In this document: positions 19,878 to 30,774 of the stretch, one piece after another
Layout: each line of letters opens with the position of its first letter
How positions within the stretch are numbered: position 1 is the first letter of the stretch
Made by a program: the position numbers and the translations under genes
DNA from: a virus
Lineage: Duplodnaviria; Caudoviricetes
Length of the DNA stretch: 64,000 bases
Reading direction: 5' to 3' (one strand)
IMG/VR virus record: IMGVR_UViG_3300037067_001478
Location: 1,258-65,257 of that record
Notes under the pieces: generated by a model
Databases searched by the model: none
What the model was told of the DNA's origin: nothing
What the model saw: only the letters and a program-made list of their open reading frames with translations

Positions 19878-20281
19878 TTCTTCTTCCTCATATCAGGACG
19901 TTCTTTCCTCAACTTTGCTGGCGTTGGGTTGTATGGATGGAACGGATAGAGAGGACAGTTCTTACAGCCACAGTCACCAATTCCATCGACGTAGTACGCC
20001 ATACATTCATAGCATTTTGCCTCAATGGATTCACGCAGATTGAGATGCTCTCCCTGAATGAACGCAACGAATGAGGTCTTTCCTGCTGCCTTCGTTTCAT
20101 CTTCCATGTTTGCAAGCGTAGGATAGTCTGGCTCATAGACGCGCTTTGCTGGCGCTTTAACTTCGACCTTCTTCTCTGTTTTCTTTGACGCTTCGACAAT
20201 GGTTTGTTTCTTCACTGGATTTGGTGCGTCCAAATCTTTTCTAGGAGTTTTCATCATCCTATCATTTTTCTTGACAAACAT
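19874..20281 (-). CDS. Cys-rich hypothetical protein
   Basis: AKCYECM...CGCKNCPLYPF. Confidence 0.6.
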   Translation of the reverse strand: MFVKKNDRMMKTPRKDLDAPNPVKKQTIVEASKKTEKKVEVKAPAKRVYEPDYPTLANMEDETKAAGKTSFVAFIQGEHLNLRESIEAKCYECMAYYVDGIGDCGCKNCPLYPFHPYNPTPAKLRKERPDMRKKK

Positions 20282-20730
20282 TATTCCACCTCGTACATTT
20301 TCCTTCCAAGTTGGTCAACAATACGTCTTACGATTCCACCAAGAGAACCATCGCTGAAATACCCGATATAGAATCTAGTTCTATCAGCGAAAATAATCTC
20401 ATCAACACGATGGTATCCTCTGTAAATCTCATTTAACTGATGAGGTTTCTTAAGGTTGTTCACGATGGTTTTCTGTTCACATCTAAAGCAAACCCAGTCC
20501 TTATAGACGAGGGCGTTCTTTAAATACTTCTCGAAGTGAATGAGATACATCTCACCACAGCAAGAACACTTGACATACACCCATGTTGCGTGTTCGATTT
20601 CATGAAGTTCTTTCTCGTTAATTTTATTCTGCGCGAGAATCTTCGCATGTTTCTTTTTGAAACACTCGTCTTTGAACCGCATGTAGTTATAGGTGCGCGT
20701 CGCTTTATCGACTGTTAATCCTTTGCTCAT
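20281..20730 (-). CDS. Zn-finger hypothetical protein
   Basis: CSCCGE ... WVCFRC. Confidence 0.55.
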   Translation of the reverse strand: MSKGLTVDKATRTYNYMRFKDECFKKKHAKILAQNKINEKELHEIEHATWVYVKCSCCGEMYLIHFEKYLKNALVYKDWVCFRCEQKTIVNNLKKPHQLNEIYRGYHRVDEIIFADRTRFYIGYFSDGSLGGIVRRIVDQLGRKMYEVE

Positions 20731-20844
20731 TCTTCATCCTCTCCTGGGCATCTACCATAAGGTTCGAGGTGAACTTGGCAGACGCAATCTTTATATCGAT
20801 GTTCGCAGTCCTTTTCTTGAAATCCACATTCAACGAGAAGTTCA

Positions 20845-21222
20845 TCAGACATACCTTCCCAACTCCGTCGTGTTACAAACTATTCCATCCCAATACTTTG
20901 GAAGATTCTTCGTCCACATTGGATCGTCATCGACGTAGACATCTGCAAGCAACACCCGTAAATAGTTCGCCTTCATCATATATAAATACTTGGGTTCCGT
21001 TATACCAAGAGGATTCATTAAAAGAACCTTCGGTGTTACACCAAGTTCTTTCAGATGTGCAAGAGTTAATTCACGTCTTGTTTCAGGACGACCAGTGATA
21101 ACATACTTGACCTTCACTGGGTTGACGCATGGATTAAGGAACCTTCTTCCCGTCGGTTGATGAGTCCATGCTCCCCAAAGATTGAGGTCAACTGTTCCAT
21201 CAATATCGTAAACTATTCTCAT
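20845..21222 (-). CDS. small HAD-superfamily phosphatase
   Basis: YDIDGT (motif I), ITGR (II), K, YVDDD (IV). Confidence 0.8.
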   Translation of the reverse strand: MRIVYDIDGTVDLNLWGAWTHQPTGRRFLNPCVNPVKVKYVITGRPETRRELTLAHLKELGVTPKVLLMNPLGITEPKYLYMMKANYLRVLLADVYVDDDPMWTKNLPKYWDGIVCNTTELGRYV

Positions 21223-22058
21223 TTAACATACCCCAATCTTTTTCTCTGTGCTTTCTTCTCTGATTCTGTGAGTGCTATCCCCGTTTGATAATGGTAATTG
21301 TTTCCATTAAACATCTGGAACCAACACTCCTCGGAGCAACACCCATCTTGGTGATGCTCCATCTCTTTACCACAGATAATGCAGTAAGGCATTATAATAC
21401 CACAGTAAGGATAAAGAGAAACGCAATTGTCGTTACAAATATACCAGAGAAAAACCCTCGTGTGAAGGCTTTATTAACCTCTGGCTTTGGAACATACTCC
21501 ACGCATGGAGATGAACCTGCTTGTGCTGCTACGAAATCTTCGTCACTCATACTGGCATCAGTCCGAATAATATATTAATAATATATACGTGATACTTCAC
21601 ACCAACGCCTATGAAAAACATGAATACAATGAAGTAAACGATGTATCTCATGGATATTTCTGTCGCATCATACTCCATAAATCTTGTCCTGGCAGGTCTG
21701 ACAGTATCCCGCTATTCTAAATTCACGTCGGCTCAATTCATCTCTGAATGAATTAACATCGACGAACTGTTCACAACGAGGGCATTTGCCTTCTCGTCTT
21801 AACTCAAACTTTCTTGCTAGACTCACCATCGAAGTATCTCCATGACCATCCGACAAGTTTACCAAGTCCGAAGAATCTCTGTCGTCCATCTGGAACTTTA
21901 CCATAGCATGTATGCACTACGTCACGATGATACATATTGAACACGACGATAGGTGGCTGTTCAAGAATGTCCTCACCAAAATTAGTGACACACATCACGT
22001 CGAAGTATTCTCCACATTGAGAACACTTATAACGAAGGCAGATATTAACTTCTCTCAT

Positions 22059-22391
22059 TCACTCACCTTTGAGATTACGAAGTAGTTCCTTCGGTTTCAT
22101 TCCGAGGTCGAGTTGTTCTGAACGAGGACAGTGATTGCATATGCTATCCTTAATAAACTCGTCACACATAGGGATGAGGTCACACTTCTTTACTACTGCG
22201 CTTACCCATTGACAGAGAACTACTTCTCCGTCGCAGGTTCCATTACATTTTGAACACATGATTTCACTTCTTTGCTCTTGGGCATCGTTCCTTCGTACAA
22301 TACTCCGTCCGTTTGGAGTGGTGACAAAATGCACCACCTCGGACGATACCAATAACTTTGCATTTGGAAGAAAATTCATTCCATTCGTCAT
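22059..22391 (-). CDS. Cys-rich hypothetical protein
   Basis: CSKC, CNHCP. Confidence 0.45.
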   Translation of the reverse strand: MTNGMNFLPNAKLLVSSEVVHFVTTPNGRSIVRRNDAQEQRSEIMCSKCNGTCDGEVVLCQWVSAVVKKCDLIPMCDEFIKDSICNHCPRSEQLDLGMKPKELLRNLKGE

Positions 22392-22529
22392 CAGTCATCA
22401 TCTCTTTTCACCTTCATCAAAATCTTCTGTCTTGCAACGATGCGCTTTAACACATCTTGTTTCTGTTCTATTGTCGCTTCATCGAGAAACAATTTGGTTT
22501 GCTCTGCGACGAGTGCTTCAAGTTCTTTG

Positions 22530-22823
22530 TCATGAATTGTCATACTTATCATCTTCGATTAACTTCTTAAGAAAATCGCCATGACATCTCTTGGGCTTGC
22601 ACCAACAACCTAGACGCTTCGCCGTGAATAACTCGGAGATGTCGAGATGCCCGTCCTTTAACATACGCATGATATAAAGAGCGTAAGCATCGCAGACTGC
22701 ATCTCGTTCAGATTCATTGTGCATGAAAAAAGGATTACCCCAAGAGGTAGTCCTGTCAATTTTTACATCGCCAGGTTGACCCCATCGAGGAGAGCAACTG
22801 CGAATGTTTACGACTTCAACCAT
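22530..22823 (-). CDS. DUF4326-family protein
   Basis: IDRTTSWGNPF ... LGCWCKPKRCHGD. Confidence 0.85.
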   Translation of the reverse strand: MVEVVNIRSCSPRWGQPGDVKIDRTTSWGNPFFMHNESERDAVCDAYALYIMRMLKDGHLDISELFTAKRLGCWCKPKRCHGDFLKKLIEDDKYDNS

Positions 22824-22963
22824 TTATTCTTCCTCTAACTCCTCAATCTGTGAGAGTAGTTCTTCAACATCAACCACTTGTCGATACTGACAATCCTCTG
22901 GTCTAGCATCGAATGAATTGTTTCCAATCCATATACGTAAGGCGTTGGTCATGTCGTGTGCGC

Positions 22964-24241
22964 TCATGATTCTTCTTCCATATCCGACGAGCCTTCGAGT
23001 TTAATGTTGTCCTCTAGCACGTCGAACTCATAGGACTTATACTTCCATGCTTGCCACTGGTTGCAATCATTACGAATAACGACACCCTCTTTGATGTGGT
23101 GACCATCGAGAGTTGAACATCCGTTTGCATTTCCTTTACAGATTTCAACAAGTCTGTCGATGTCTCCACTAAACTCAAATGATTCGAGAATGGGAACTAC
23201 ATTTACACCAATCTGGTTACAACGAGTTACCATTTCTTCGGTGGTATAATCAACTTCATTACCATCCTCACCAGTGATAGACATACGATAGACATAGACT
23301 TCGTGCTGTCCTTCTTGACAACCATAGGTGAAGTTCATGTCCTTCCCGTAGCGTTTCGTCAGTTCTTTATCCTGAATCTTCTCTGTCTTACCACTCGGCA
23401 TGATGAGAGAACTTCCGAGAGTGTAACCGACGATTTCATAGTAGACAGTTTCGCCTGGTTTGAGTTTACCGTCGAAGTATTTGTCATGCAGTTCTTTACG
23501 GAAGCCTTCTTTCTCCTGATAGAAACCAGTGTGTCGCTCCCAATCCTTTATTACGGTGTTGCGAGTGCCGCATACATACTTCCATGTGATTGTAGGCTTG
23601 ATGAGTGTTCGTTTGCAGCAACGGTTTATTAAGGCTCCCCACCAAGTTTGCTGCGACATTAGTGCATGTGCTGAACGCTGTGATGTTCCATGAAGTTTCT
23701 CGGTTATCACAAGGTTCATGCCCTTCTCAATGTCGTCGAGTTTGTAGAGGATACGCTCTGTGTCGTGGTGCTTACGGAAGAATAAGAACTTCTCCTTCTG
23801 TGTTTCTGGTGCTGGATTCGTGCCAGTGTATGCGTTACGTTTAACGACGTACTTCTCACAGAACGGATGCCCATGAAATGTGTTTAGTTCTTCTCCTTCG
23901 TTGAGGTCGTCGATATTACCAGCATATTCAAGCGTCTTTAACGCTGTGAAGAAACCATTCGACTTCTGACCTCGGAGTTTCTGAACGCGCACCTTACCAT
24001 TCTCGGCAAAGATACCACCTGATTTTGTTCCATCTTCTGCAACCTTACGAACCAAGTCGTTGTATTGCAGATACTCTGGAAGCAGTCGTCCATCGGCAGG
24101 GAAGTAAAGTCCTAACTGTCCTTCTCTTGTATCCTTACCGACGACAACTTCTTGTCCGAACACATCACCGACGACAAGATTGTCGGCTTTGGGTATAGGA
24201 CGAAGGTTTTTAATCCTCGTCACATAAGCAAAGTAAGTCAT
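22964..24241 (-). CDS. ATP-dependent RNA ligase, DRB0094/Rnl2-like family
   Basis: N-terminal IKNLRPIPKADNL...YFPAD domain; TEKLHGT, VYYEIVG, EGVVIR, KYKS. Confidence 0.85.
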   Translation of the reverse strand: MTYFAYVTRIKNLRPIPKADNLVVGDVFGQEVVVGKDTREGQLGLYFPADGRLLPEYLQYNDLVRKVAEDGTKSGGIFAENGKVRVQKLRGQKSNGFFTALKTLEYAGNIDDLNEGEELNTFHGHPFCEKYVVKRNAYTGTNPAPETQKEKFLFFRKHHDTERILYKLDDIEKGMNLVITEKLHGTSQRSAHALMSQQTWWGALINRCCKRTLIKPTITWKYVCGTRNTVIKDWERHTGFYQEKEGFRKELHDKYFDGKLKPGETVYYEIVGYTLGSSLIMPSGKTEKIQDKELTKRYGKDMNFTYGCQEGQHEVYVYRMSITGEDGNEVDYTTEEMVTRCNQIGVNVVPILESFEFSGDIDRLVEICKGNANGCSTLDGHHIKEGVVIRNDCNQWQAWKYKSYEFDVLEDNIKLEGSSDMEEES

Positions 24242-24243
24242 AA

Positions 24244-24492
24244 TTACAGGCGGTGAAGTTGCTTCTTGTTCTTCTTGCTTGCGTCAGCAAAGAATATCTG
24301 CTTTGCTATCTGACGTATAGCGACTGCACCACAATGCTCGGAGTGAGTCAGTTCATCAATCATGTCAGATGCTTTACTATCCGTAATGTTAAACGGACAT
24401 GATGAACATGGGTGTTCACAGTTCCAGGTGGCGGCCAGGCCTGTAATCATCTTGTTGAATTTCTTCTGGTTTAACTTCAGTTTTGCAGTCAT
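24244..24492 (-). CDS. small Cys-motif protein
   Basis: CEHPCSSCPF ... HCGAVAI. Confidence 0.55.
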   Translation of the reverse strand: MTAKLKLNQKKFNKMITGLAATWNCEHPCSSCPFNITDSKASDMIDELTHSEHCGAVAIRQIAKQIFFADASKKNKKQLHRL

Positions 24493-24782
24493 GTATTATC
24501 TCCCCTTTCATTTACCTTTATAACGTGCGATGCCCAATCATTGTAAGCATCGACGAACTCACATGCCATACGATACTCATAACCATTCTCGACGAGAGCA
24601 TTTTTAATGTCCTCACTACTAACACCGAACTGGTTTATGAGATTGTCCATGAGGTAATAGAAACTAAACCTCACACATTTGAGTGTTTCTTTTTTGTCCT
24701 CGTTGCGCTCACTGTCAATCAAGTCTTTCATCTCGACGACAGATACAACACCGAAGGCAACACTCTCATTGATTTTCTTCAT
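24489..24782 (-). CDS. hypothetical protein
   Basis: ORF in operon. Confidence 0.5.
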   Translation of the reverse strand: MKKINESVAFGVVSVVEMKDLIDSERNEDKKETLKCVRFSFYYLMDNLINQFGVSSEDIKNALVENGYEYRMACEFVDAYNDWASHVIKVNERGDNT

Positions 24783-25338
24783 AGTAATCTTCCAGTGTTT
24801 AACATCTTAAGACTAACGATTGACATCTCCCATTGCGCCATCGTTATATTCGTATCTCGAATCAACCCATAATGAGGCGGGTCGTTGAGAGTGATGTGAA
24901 GCAGACGATAACTCTCCATGAAATCATCCCTCACATGAGCAACTCTCATTCCTTAACACCAACGACTTTCATCTTAAGATACGTGACGGTATCATTAACG
25001 TCGTTGACATGATGCGTTGCTTTGTTTCCAAGCCGAACCTCACGCTGATAAACATCGTCTATCATATCCGATAGTTCCTGCTTGTTATCCTTGAAAGTCT
25101 CAAGATTTTTCGCTACATCATCCTCGACAGTGACATCATAAACTTCCTCTGTCACACTCTGCCGAGCAAGCATAATCGTAACTCGTTTCATATTCGCTTC
25201 TCCCTATCTCCTCGATTCAATGCTGCGGGTCTACCACAGAAACGACATGAGAGAACTTCATCTTCGTCCTCACCATCTTCAACAAACTTCAATCCTTTGG
25301 GGTCGAACACCATGCCACAATACGGACAGCGTAAGTAT

Positions 25339-25704
25339 TCAACCACTGTAAACCATGCCTTCATTACTTTCCTCTGTCGTAATGTTGTTCGCTTTCACGA
25401 AACACTTCAATGCTTCGAGAGATATAAAGGCATGAGAGTAGTAATACACCGAATCAATCGTCATATCTTTGACGCTTGGGTCGTCTAAATCAATGTCATA
25501 TTTAGACTTGATTACCTCTTTAAACTTTTCCTCGTCGAAATATTTCTTCGAGTAATAAGCAAATTCAGATTGCAGTTCAGAGTTGAAAGCAGACACATCA
25601 TAAGTCTGCATCCTCTCGGTGATATTGTTATACTCATCGATAAATTTATCACGAATTTTATCGAGGTGTTCATTGAAAAGTTTTATGTCCTTCGTGCTAC
25701 TCAT
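25339..25704 (-). CDS. hypothetical protein
   Basis: ORF in operon. Confidence 0.5.
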   Translation of the reverse strand: MSSTKDIKLFNEHLDKIRDKFIDEYNNITERMQTYDVSAFNSELQSEFAYYSKKYFDEEKFKEVIKSKYDIDLDDPSVKDMTIDSVYYYSHAFISLEALKCFVKANNITTEESNEGMVYSG

Positions 25705-26228
25705 AGAAGTTTCACCTTCTCGATGTAATACTTCTGACTTCCCTTATCAACCACTCGACACCCACCTATTTCAACTGCATTACCCTCGGTAAGATTATAC
25801 ACACCGAAGTATTGTTCAGTTAAACCTGGCGTATTAACCTCGAAGATACCATAACCAATGTGGGTGACAGTAATATTCGGAGCCAATAGTGGTGAACCTT
25901 GAAGGAAGTCCAGAAGTATCAACCTTTTTTCTTCTGTGTTCTGAACGAATCTCATGAATCGTTTATTGCGAGTGATGATTGCATCGACTGACTTCTTACG
26001 TTTATCGAAGTATTCTTTCATCACTTCAACACCAGCATCAGAGATACGCATGTTAGATGGCACATTCTGAATCGCTCTGTCTGTTTCGATGTAGCCAGTT
26101 TTATAGAATGACTTCATCGTCGAAGAAGATATGCCTTTCGTTGCTACGAATGTATCTCTCCTTCCAGTTTCAACATAACGTCGATAGAGTGAAACAAGAA
26201 TCGCCCTTTGTTTAGGTGTAAGATTCAT
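25701..26228 (-). CDS. protein with N-terminal winged-helix domain
   Basis: LTPKQRAIL...SSSTMKSFYKTGYIE...RISDAG; first gene after a TATA promoter. Confidence 0.55.
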   Translation of the reverse strand: MNLTPKQRAILVSLYRRYVETGRRDTFVATKGISSSTMKSFYKTGYIETDRAIQNVPSNMRISDAGVEVMKEYFDKRKKSVDAIITRNKRFMRFVQNTEEKRLILLDFLQGSPLLAPNITVTHIGYGIFEVNTPGLTEQYFGVYNLTEGNAVEIGGCRVVDKGSQKYYIEKVKLL

Positions 26229-26254
26229 TAATTTCGCTTCTCCTCTTATTATTA

Positions 26255-26275
26255 TGTTCGCAAAACTATTTAAAT
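26255..26275 (-). promoter_or_regulatory. archaeal TATA promoter (TTTAAATA) with conserved downstream extension
   Basis: 20/21 identical to 30699-30719. Confidence 0.7.
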
Positions 26276-26341
26276 GTTTGTATCAGTCTGCATCACCGAG
26301 GAAATCATCGACGGTATCATCAGTATAAGGTGATGGTGGCA

Positions 26342-27298
26342 TCATAAACTTATCTCTTGTTCGAGGGCGAGTTTCAACTGATAGATGGCTGTCGTGCAGT
26401 CAACATATGTTCGCTTCGTGGCAACCTTTGTCTGCACACCCTTTGCTAGTGAATAGATTTTATTAACTGCGTTGAGGGTAGCAGTTGCAGATTGTAGAGG
26501 TTTCTGCTGAATCTTTCCAAGTTCGAGGGCGAACCATTTGGTGATAGCGTCCGATGCTTCCTTCTCTGCTTGCTTACATGCGGCGAGTGTTCCCCGCAGC
26601 ATCTTATTATATATCGGCAACACATACGAATTGTGATTGATATATACTGATGATGAACTACTGCCTATATAGTTGGTTACTTCGAGAGATGGGTTCTCTG
26701 CTTTCAGACGGTTAACCATATCGCTCATCATCTGCTGACGCATGAATGTGCATGTATCGGTGAGCAGGTCAGAGGTTTTCCAATCTGGTATGATGTATTT
26801 ACTGTTATTCTTTGGCAGAGTGACTACCTCGAACTTAAGATACTCACCGTATTGAACGATAGGTTTATCAATGCGAGTGAACTTGTTAGTCAGACGATAG
26901 AATTCCTTCTCTGCGTTCTTATCTTTCCAGATACAGACGTTCATCTTATATCCATCGTCGTCGAACTTCTCATCAATCTTCTCTTTGTATGTAGATTGAA
27001 GTTCGGCAAGCCTGGTGTCGTAGTCCTTCGCCTTCATGTGTTCATCGCCATAGATATATAACGATGGAACATTTGTCCTCGTGGCCAGACGCATTGAACT
27101 TATCTGTGTCGAAGCAATATACTTCGATGATGTTGGGTTCTCAATCAATGCGCCGTTAATTTCAATGAACGCACCATATCCGATGATGTTCGTCGGTACA
27201 TAATACGTCTTTCCGTCTTTGTAAATAATGATTTTGTCCGTCATATTAACCACTAAATTCTCCGTCCTCTGGTTCTTGAAAGTTGTGCTTCTCTGCAC
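26342..27298 (-). CDS. hypothetical protein
   Basis: 318-aa ORF, no recognisable motif. Confidence 0.6.
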   Translation of the reverse strand: MQRSTTFKNQRTENLVVNMTDKIIIYKDGKTYYVPTNIIGYGAFIEINGALIENPTSSKYIASTQISSMRLATRTNVPSLYIYGDEHMKAKDYDTRLAELQSTYKEKIDEKFDDDGYKMNVCIWKDKNAEKEFYRLTNKFTRIDKPIVQYGEYLKFEVVTLPKNNSKYIIPDWKTSDLLTDTCTFMRQQMMSDMVNRLKAENPSLEVTNYIGSSSSSVYINHNSYVLPIYNKMLRGTLAACKQAEKEASDAITKWFALELGKIQQKPLQSATATLNAVNKIYSLAKGVQTKVATKRTYVDCTTAIYQLKLALEQEISL

Positions 27299-27400
27299 AA
27301 GCGATGCAATAAATCTTTCCGTTCTTGTGAAAAAATACAGACGTAAAATCTATGTCCATAAGTTCTTCACACTCGTCACACATTGTCATTGACATATGAA

Positions 27401-27763
27401 TCAACAACAGCAGATACTCCGAGGTCTACGGCAGATACGACAGACGTTTCCTGTCTTTAAATCTTCCTCGACTTGCTTTACTCTATCCTCGATACATGCG
27501 ACGCACAGAAGTTCAGCGAACTGTCCGAATTTAAACTCGGACTTCGCGCCTTCCCATCCACACTTTGAACAACGTGCCACGCCCTTCATTACTTTATGGT
27601 GCATGAACTTAAGCGCACGTTCAGGGTCGAAGCGATACATATCTTTCTCGGTGGGTTTAATATACCATGCCGATGAACCTTTGTCTATCCATGCCGATAC
27701 ATCTTTCTTATCATCGCTGACGTGGATGATACATACTCCGTCTGATGTTTTGTATTCTGTCAT
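27401..27763 (-). CDS. Zn-finger hypothetical protein
   Basis: CSKC, CVAC, CRIC..CCC. Confidence 0.55.
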   Translation of the reverse strand: MTEYKTSDGVCIIHVSDDKKDVSAWIDKGSSAWYIKPTEKDMYRFDPERALKFMHHKVMKGVARCSKCGWEGAKSEFKFGQFAELLCVACIEDRVKQVEEDLKTGNVCRICRRPRSICCC

Positions 27764-28036
27764 GATTTCACTCCAAGCAATTGCCTTTGTTCATAAACTG
27801 TTTGTAGTTGTAACCGTTGAAATATACATCGGCTACCGATGACGCATCGAGATTCGCAGCCATGTTAGCCACGATGGTTTTGATAAACTTCTTCTGCGTT
27901 ACCACTTTCTCACTCGTCATAATATCCTGGCGAGGATACAACCGATACTCTCGGATAAAGCATCGTCCATTCTCGACGGTGAGTTTCATCTGTCTGTCCA
28001 CGAAATAATTCCGAACCGTCATAATAAAGAGTTTAC

Positions 28037-28654
28037 TCATTTCAGCATCTCCACAATGAACTTCGTTGTGTTCCTCTTACTGTAACACAGACGGCATGAA
28101 TCACATGCCATCTTGCATGTCGCCTTATACTCTGGATGAATCTCCAGATATTCAGGAGTGACCACGTTGAAAACCATATCGGCTACTGATGAACGTGGGA
28201 ACTCAATCACGGCGTTGATTAACGGATTGCTCTCGATAATCTTAAGGTTGTCGGGCTTAAGATGAATCATATCTTCGAGCATATCACAGCGCTTCGAGTA
28301 GATTACATGCTGTGTCTGCGGGTTATTATAGCAGATGTTGAAGATATTTACGACGTGAGTGTGGTTGATAATCTCACCGAAGGAATGAAACCTCATGAGA
28401 TAGTCGCCATACTTCGGCAGTTCTTCGAGAGCGAGGACGCGCTCACTTAAGATGCGTCCATTTTCCTCGACGTGATTCCTCAATGACTGACGGAATCCAA
28501 CGAGGGCAGTCGCATAACATTTCGTGCAGATAATTCTGTCGTTGTTGCAGTTGTGCATCGCCTGACAGAACTCATTGCTCAACGGATTGGTAGAGATGGA
28601 ACGAATACCTTCCATCTTTCCCTCGTGTTTCGTTATCCAAACTTGGGATTTCAT
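28037..28654 (-). CDS. GP88-like Cys-rich protein (possible Fe-S/radical SAM-related)
   Basis: C...ICTKCYA, RFHSFGE, C-terminal C...CDSCRLCY. Confidence 0.6.
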   Translation of the reverse strand: MKSQVWITKHEGKMEGIRSISTNPLSNEFCQAMHNCNNDRIICTKCYATALVGFRQSLRNHVEENGRILSERVLALEELPKYGDYLMRFHSFGEIINHTHVVNIFNICYNNPQTQHVIYSKRCDMLEDMIHLKPDNLKIIESNPLINAVIEFPRSSVADMVFNVVTPEYLEIHPEYKATCKMACDSCRLCYSKRNTTKFIVEMLK

Positions 28655-28682
28655 GGTGCCTCAAATTGTTTTGCTTTGAAAG

Positions 28683-28690
28683 TATTTAAA
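28683..28690 (-). promoter_or_regulatory. TATA box TTTAAATA
   Basis: Purine-rich BRE-like AAAACA upstream; 28 nt to ATG 28654. Confidence 0.65.
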
Positions 28691-30069
28691 TGTTTTCTTC
28701 TCGCCTAACACCAGGGCTAGGCTGACCTCGTATGTCGGATTGAACCGCACGTCTGATAACGCACACAAAAATTGATTAGTCTTTCCGCACACGCTCATAG
28801 GCATATGCGTTGAAATACATGATGCAAGTTACTGAATTATCAACGAGATGATGCCTCATACCATCGAGTGCTGCCTTCGTTACAATTCTACCTCGCTTGT
28901 CATTGTCCATAGACATGCGCACTCTCTTATCTTTTGTCAATGTCCACTTCATGAATCCATTTGAGTGCGTCCACCTGAACGACATAATAATTTTTTCTGT
29001 CATTATTTCACCAACGCAAAGTTCTGCGGATAGAAGTGAAGTTCCCACTTGTCGGCGTTCGGTTTATACAACTCGAACATATCGAGAATCTGTTCCCTCG
29101 TGCGAGTGTCATGTTTTGTCCACTCACCACGATATGCGATACCTTTTTTGTCGACGAACCAAGTCATTTCTCCACCGTATTTATTCGTCGATTTAAATTT
29201 CATTACGAGTTTGTCTGTCATTCAATAATCACCACTGAATTTACATCTGGTTTAGAGATACTTACAATCGTATCCATGTTCTGCCACTTTGCAACGTCAG
29301 ACATTGATAATGGTTTCTTACTGACGTATAAATATTTACCACCACTCTTATGTGTAGCGATAAAACACCATCCATTATGAGGGATGCAAGTTTCCGTCAT
29401 GGTTCCACCTGTTGCATTACCCTTAACTCCGATTGAACATACGCCCATTCATTACAGCGCGCATATTCAACATCTTCCTCGGTAGTATAGAGGTTGAATA
29501 CCTCACCATCGTTGAGGATAAAGGTGACACAAGTGCCATCACTACCGAGATACATATCCTTCAAACCATGTTCGAGGATACGCGCTCTCAACTTGTCGAA
29601 TGATACCAAGTCAGTTTCTCCCATGTTAATCAACCTCATATTCTACGGAGTAATAACACCCATCAATCATGGCACTCGCACCACACGACGAGTATGTGCA
29701 TACCCTCGTAAAGAATGATGGTATAGATTCATCGGGGAATGTAAGTAGATTATCGACGAGATAATGCAAGTCGAAACTACTGAAAGGAACTCTCTCCGTA
29801 TCTTGTCTGATATGGTCGAGAGTAACTCCGTCCTTCTTAAGATAGTAATATACTGTCATTAGTCCACCGTGATGTCGATTGCTTCGACGTGCATTGTTGT
29901 TCGCTTAATCGGCATTGCGTCGAGCGCTTCATACGTAAGTTTCTTCTTCGAGAAGAACCATATGAGTTTCCATGCGTCAGTCGTAACCCATACATTTGCC
30001 GCCGTTAAGAATTTACGGGTGCATTTACCAAGAAAATAGTGGTTGTCCACTATCATCCACATCGTTAGT

Positions 30070-30678
30070 TTAGTCATGCCAGCCTCTTATTACAGCCTCG
30101 TAGACGTGCTTCGTCAGTTCTTCGGGTATTACTGAACGTGACACGCTACCATGCGTGAGTTGGAACGAGCGATGTCCATTCCTCGCGTGATTGCATCGAC
30201 GAAACTCAATCGGAATGTTCGTCCATAAATCAGTCGGCTTCATCGACGTGCATCCATACATACAGTAGTCCACTCTCATTGGTGGTGTGAGTTTACCTAG
30301 GATGAATGGTTCAGGGAAGTAATACCTCGCACCTCGAACCCATGAGGGATTCTCGATGAGAAAGAACTTCGGCTTTACTGTATTGATTACAGAGATTGCC
30401 TTACCAAACCATGCCCTCGATAACTCCATCTGTTCAGGAGTGGTTGCCTTTGGTGTATTGTTAAACACTTGACGAGCAACACTGAAGTATGTGCATGGCG
30501 GTGACGCCAGGACCACGTCGTAATGTCGCTTCGGCTCAAAGTCCAAAGCATCCATTGTAAAGGTGCATTTAAACTTCGGTACAATATCGAGAGTTTCCAC
30601 ATCGTGACCACCCTCGATGAAAGGACGTTCCCACGACTGCTTCCCCGAATATAGTCCTAAAACTTTTAGTCGTTTCAT
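30070..30678 (-). CDS. small C5-type DNA methyltransferase (start reassigned to 30678)
   Basis: LGLYSG, ASPPCTYFS, IENP, DYCMYG, KPTDLWTN; promoter at 30699-30719 lies inside the track ORF. Confidence 0.75.
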   Translation of the reverse strand: MKRLKVLGLYSGKQSWERPFIEGGHDVETLDIVPKFKCTFTMDALDFEPKRHYDVVLASPPCTYFSVARQVFNNTPKATTPEQMELSRAWFGKAISVINTVKPKFFLIENPSWVRGARYYFPEPFILGKLTPPMRVDYCMYGCTSMKPTDLWTNIPIEFRRCNHARNGHRSFQLTHGSVSRSVIPEELTKHVYEAVIRGWHD

Positions 30679-30698
30679 GTCAGTCACCAATATAACTT

Positions 30699-30719
30699 TG
30701 TTCGCAATACTATTTAAAT
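30699..30719 (-). promoter_or_regulatory. archaeal TATA promoter with conserved extension
   Basis: ATTTAAATAGTATTGCGAACA; twin of 26255-26275. Confidence 0.7.
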
Positions 30720-30774
30720 CTGCTGCCCATATCGGGCTACACTTCGACAACGGTTTGACCCGCCGAAAAAGTAA

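Noticed and set aside
28701-28730. CGCCTAACAC resembling the start of a twister ribozyme
   Set aside because: Remaining conserved twister core and pseudoknots are absent; it is a simple GCCTA/TAGGC hairpin.
28700-28770. T-loop-like GGTTCAATCC hairpin on the minus strand, suggesting a tRNA
   Set aside because: No D-arm, anticodon arm or acceptor stem can be built; stem is bulged. Treated as a plain hairpin.
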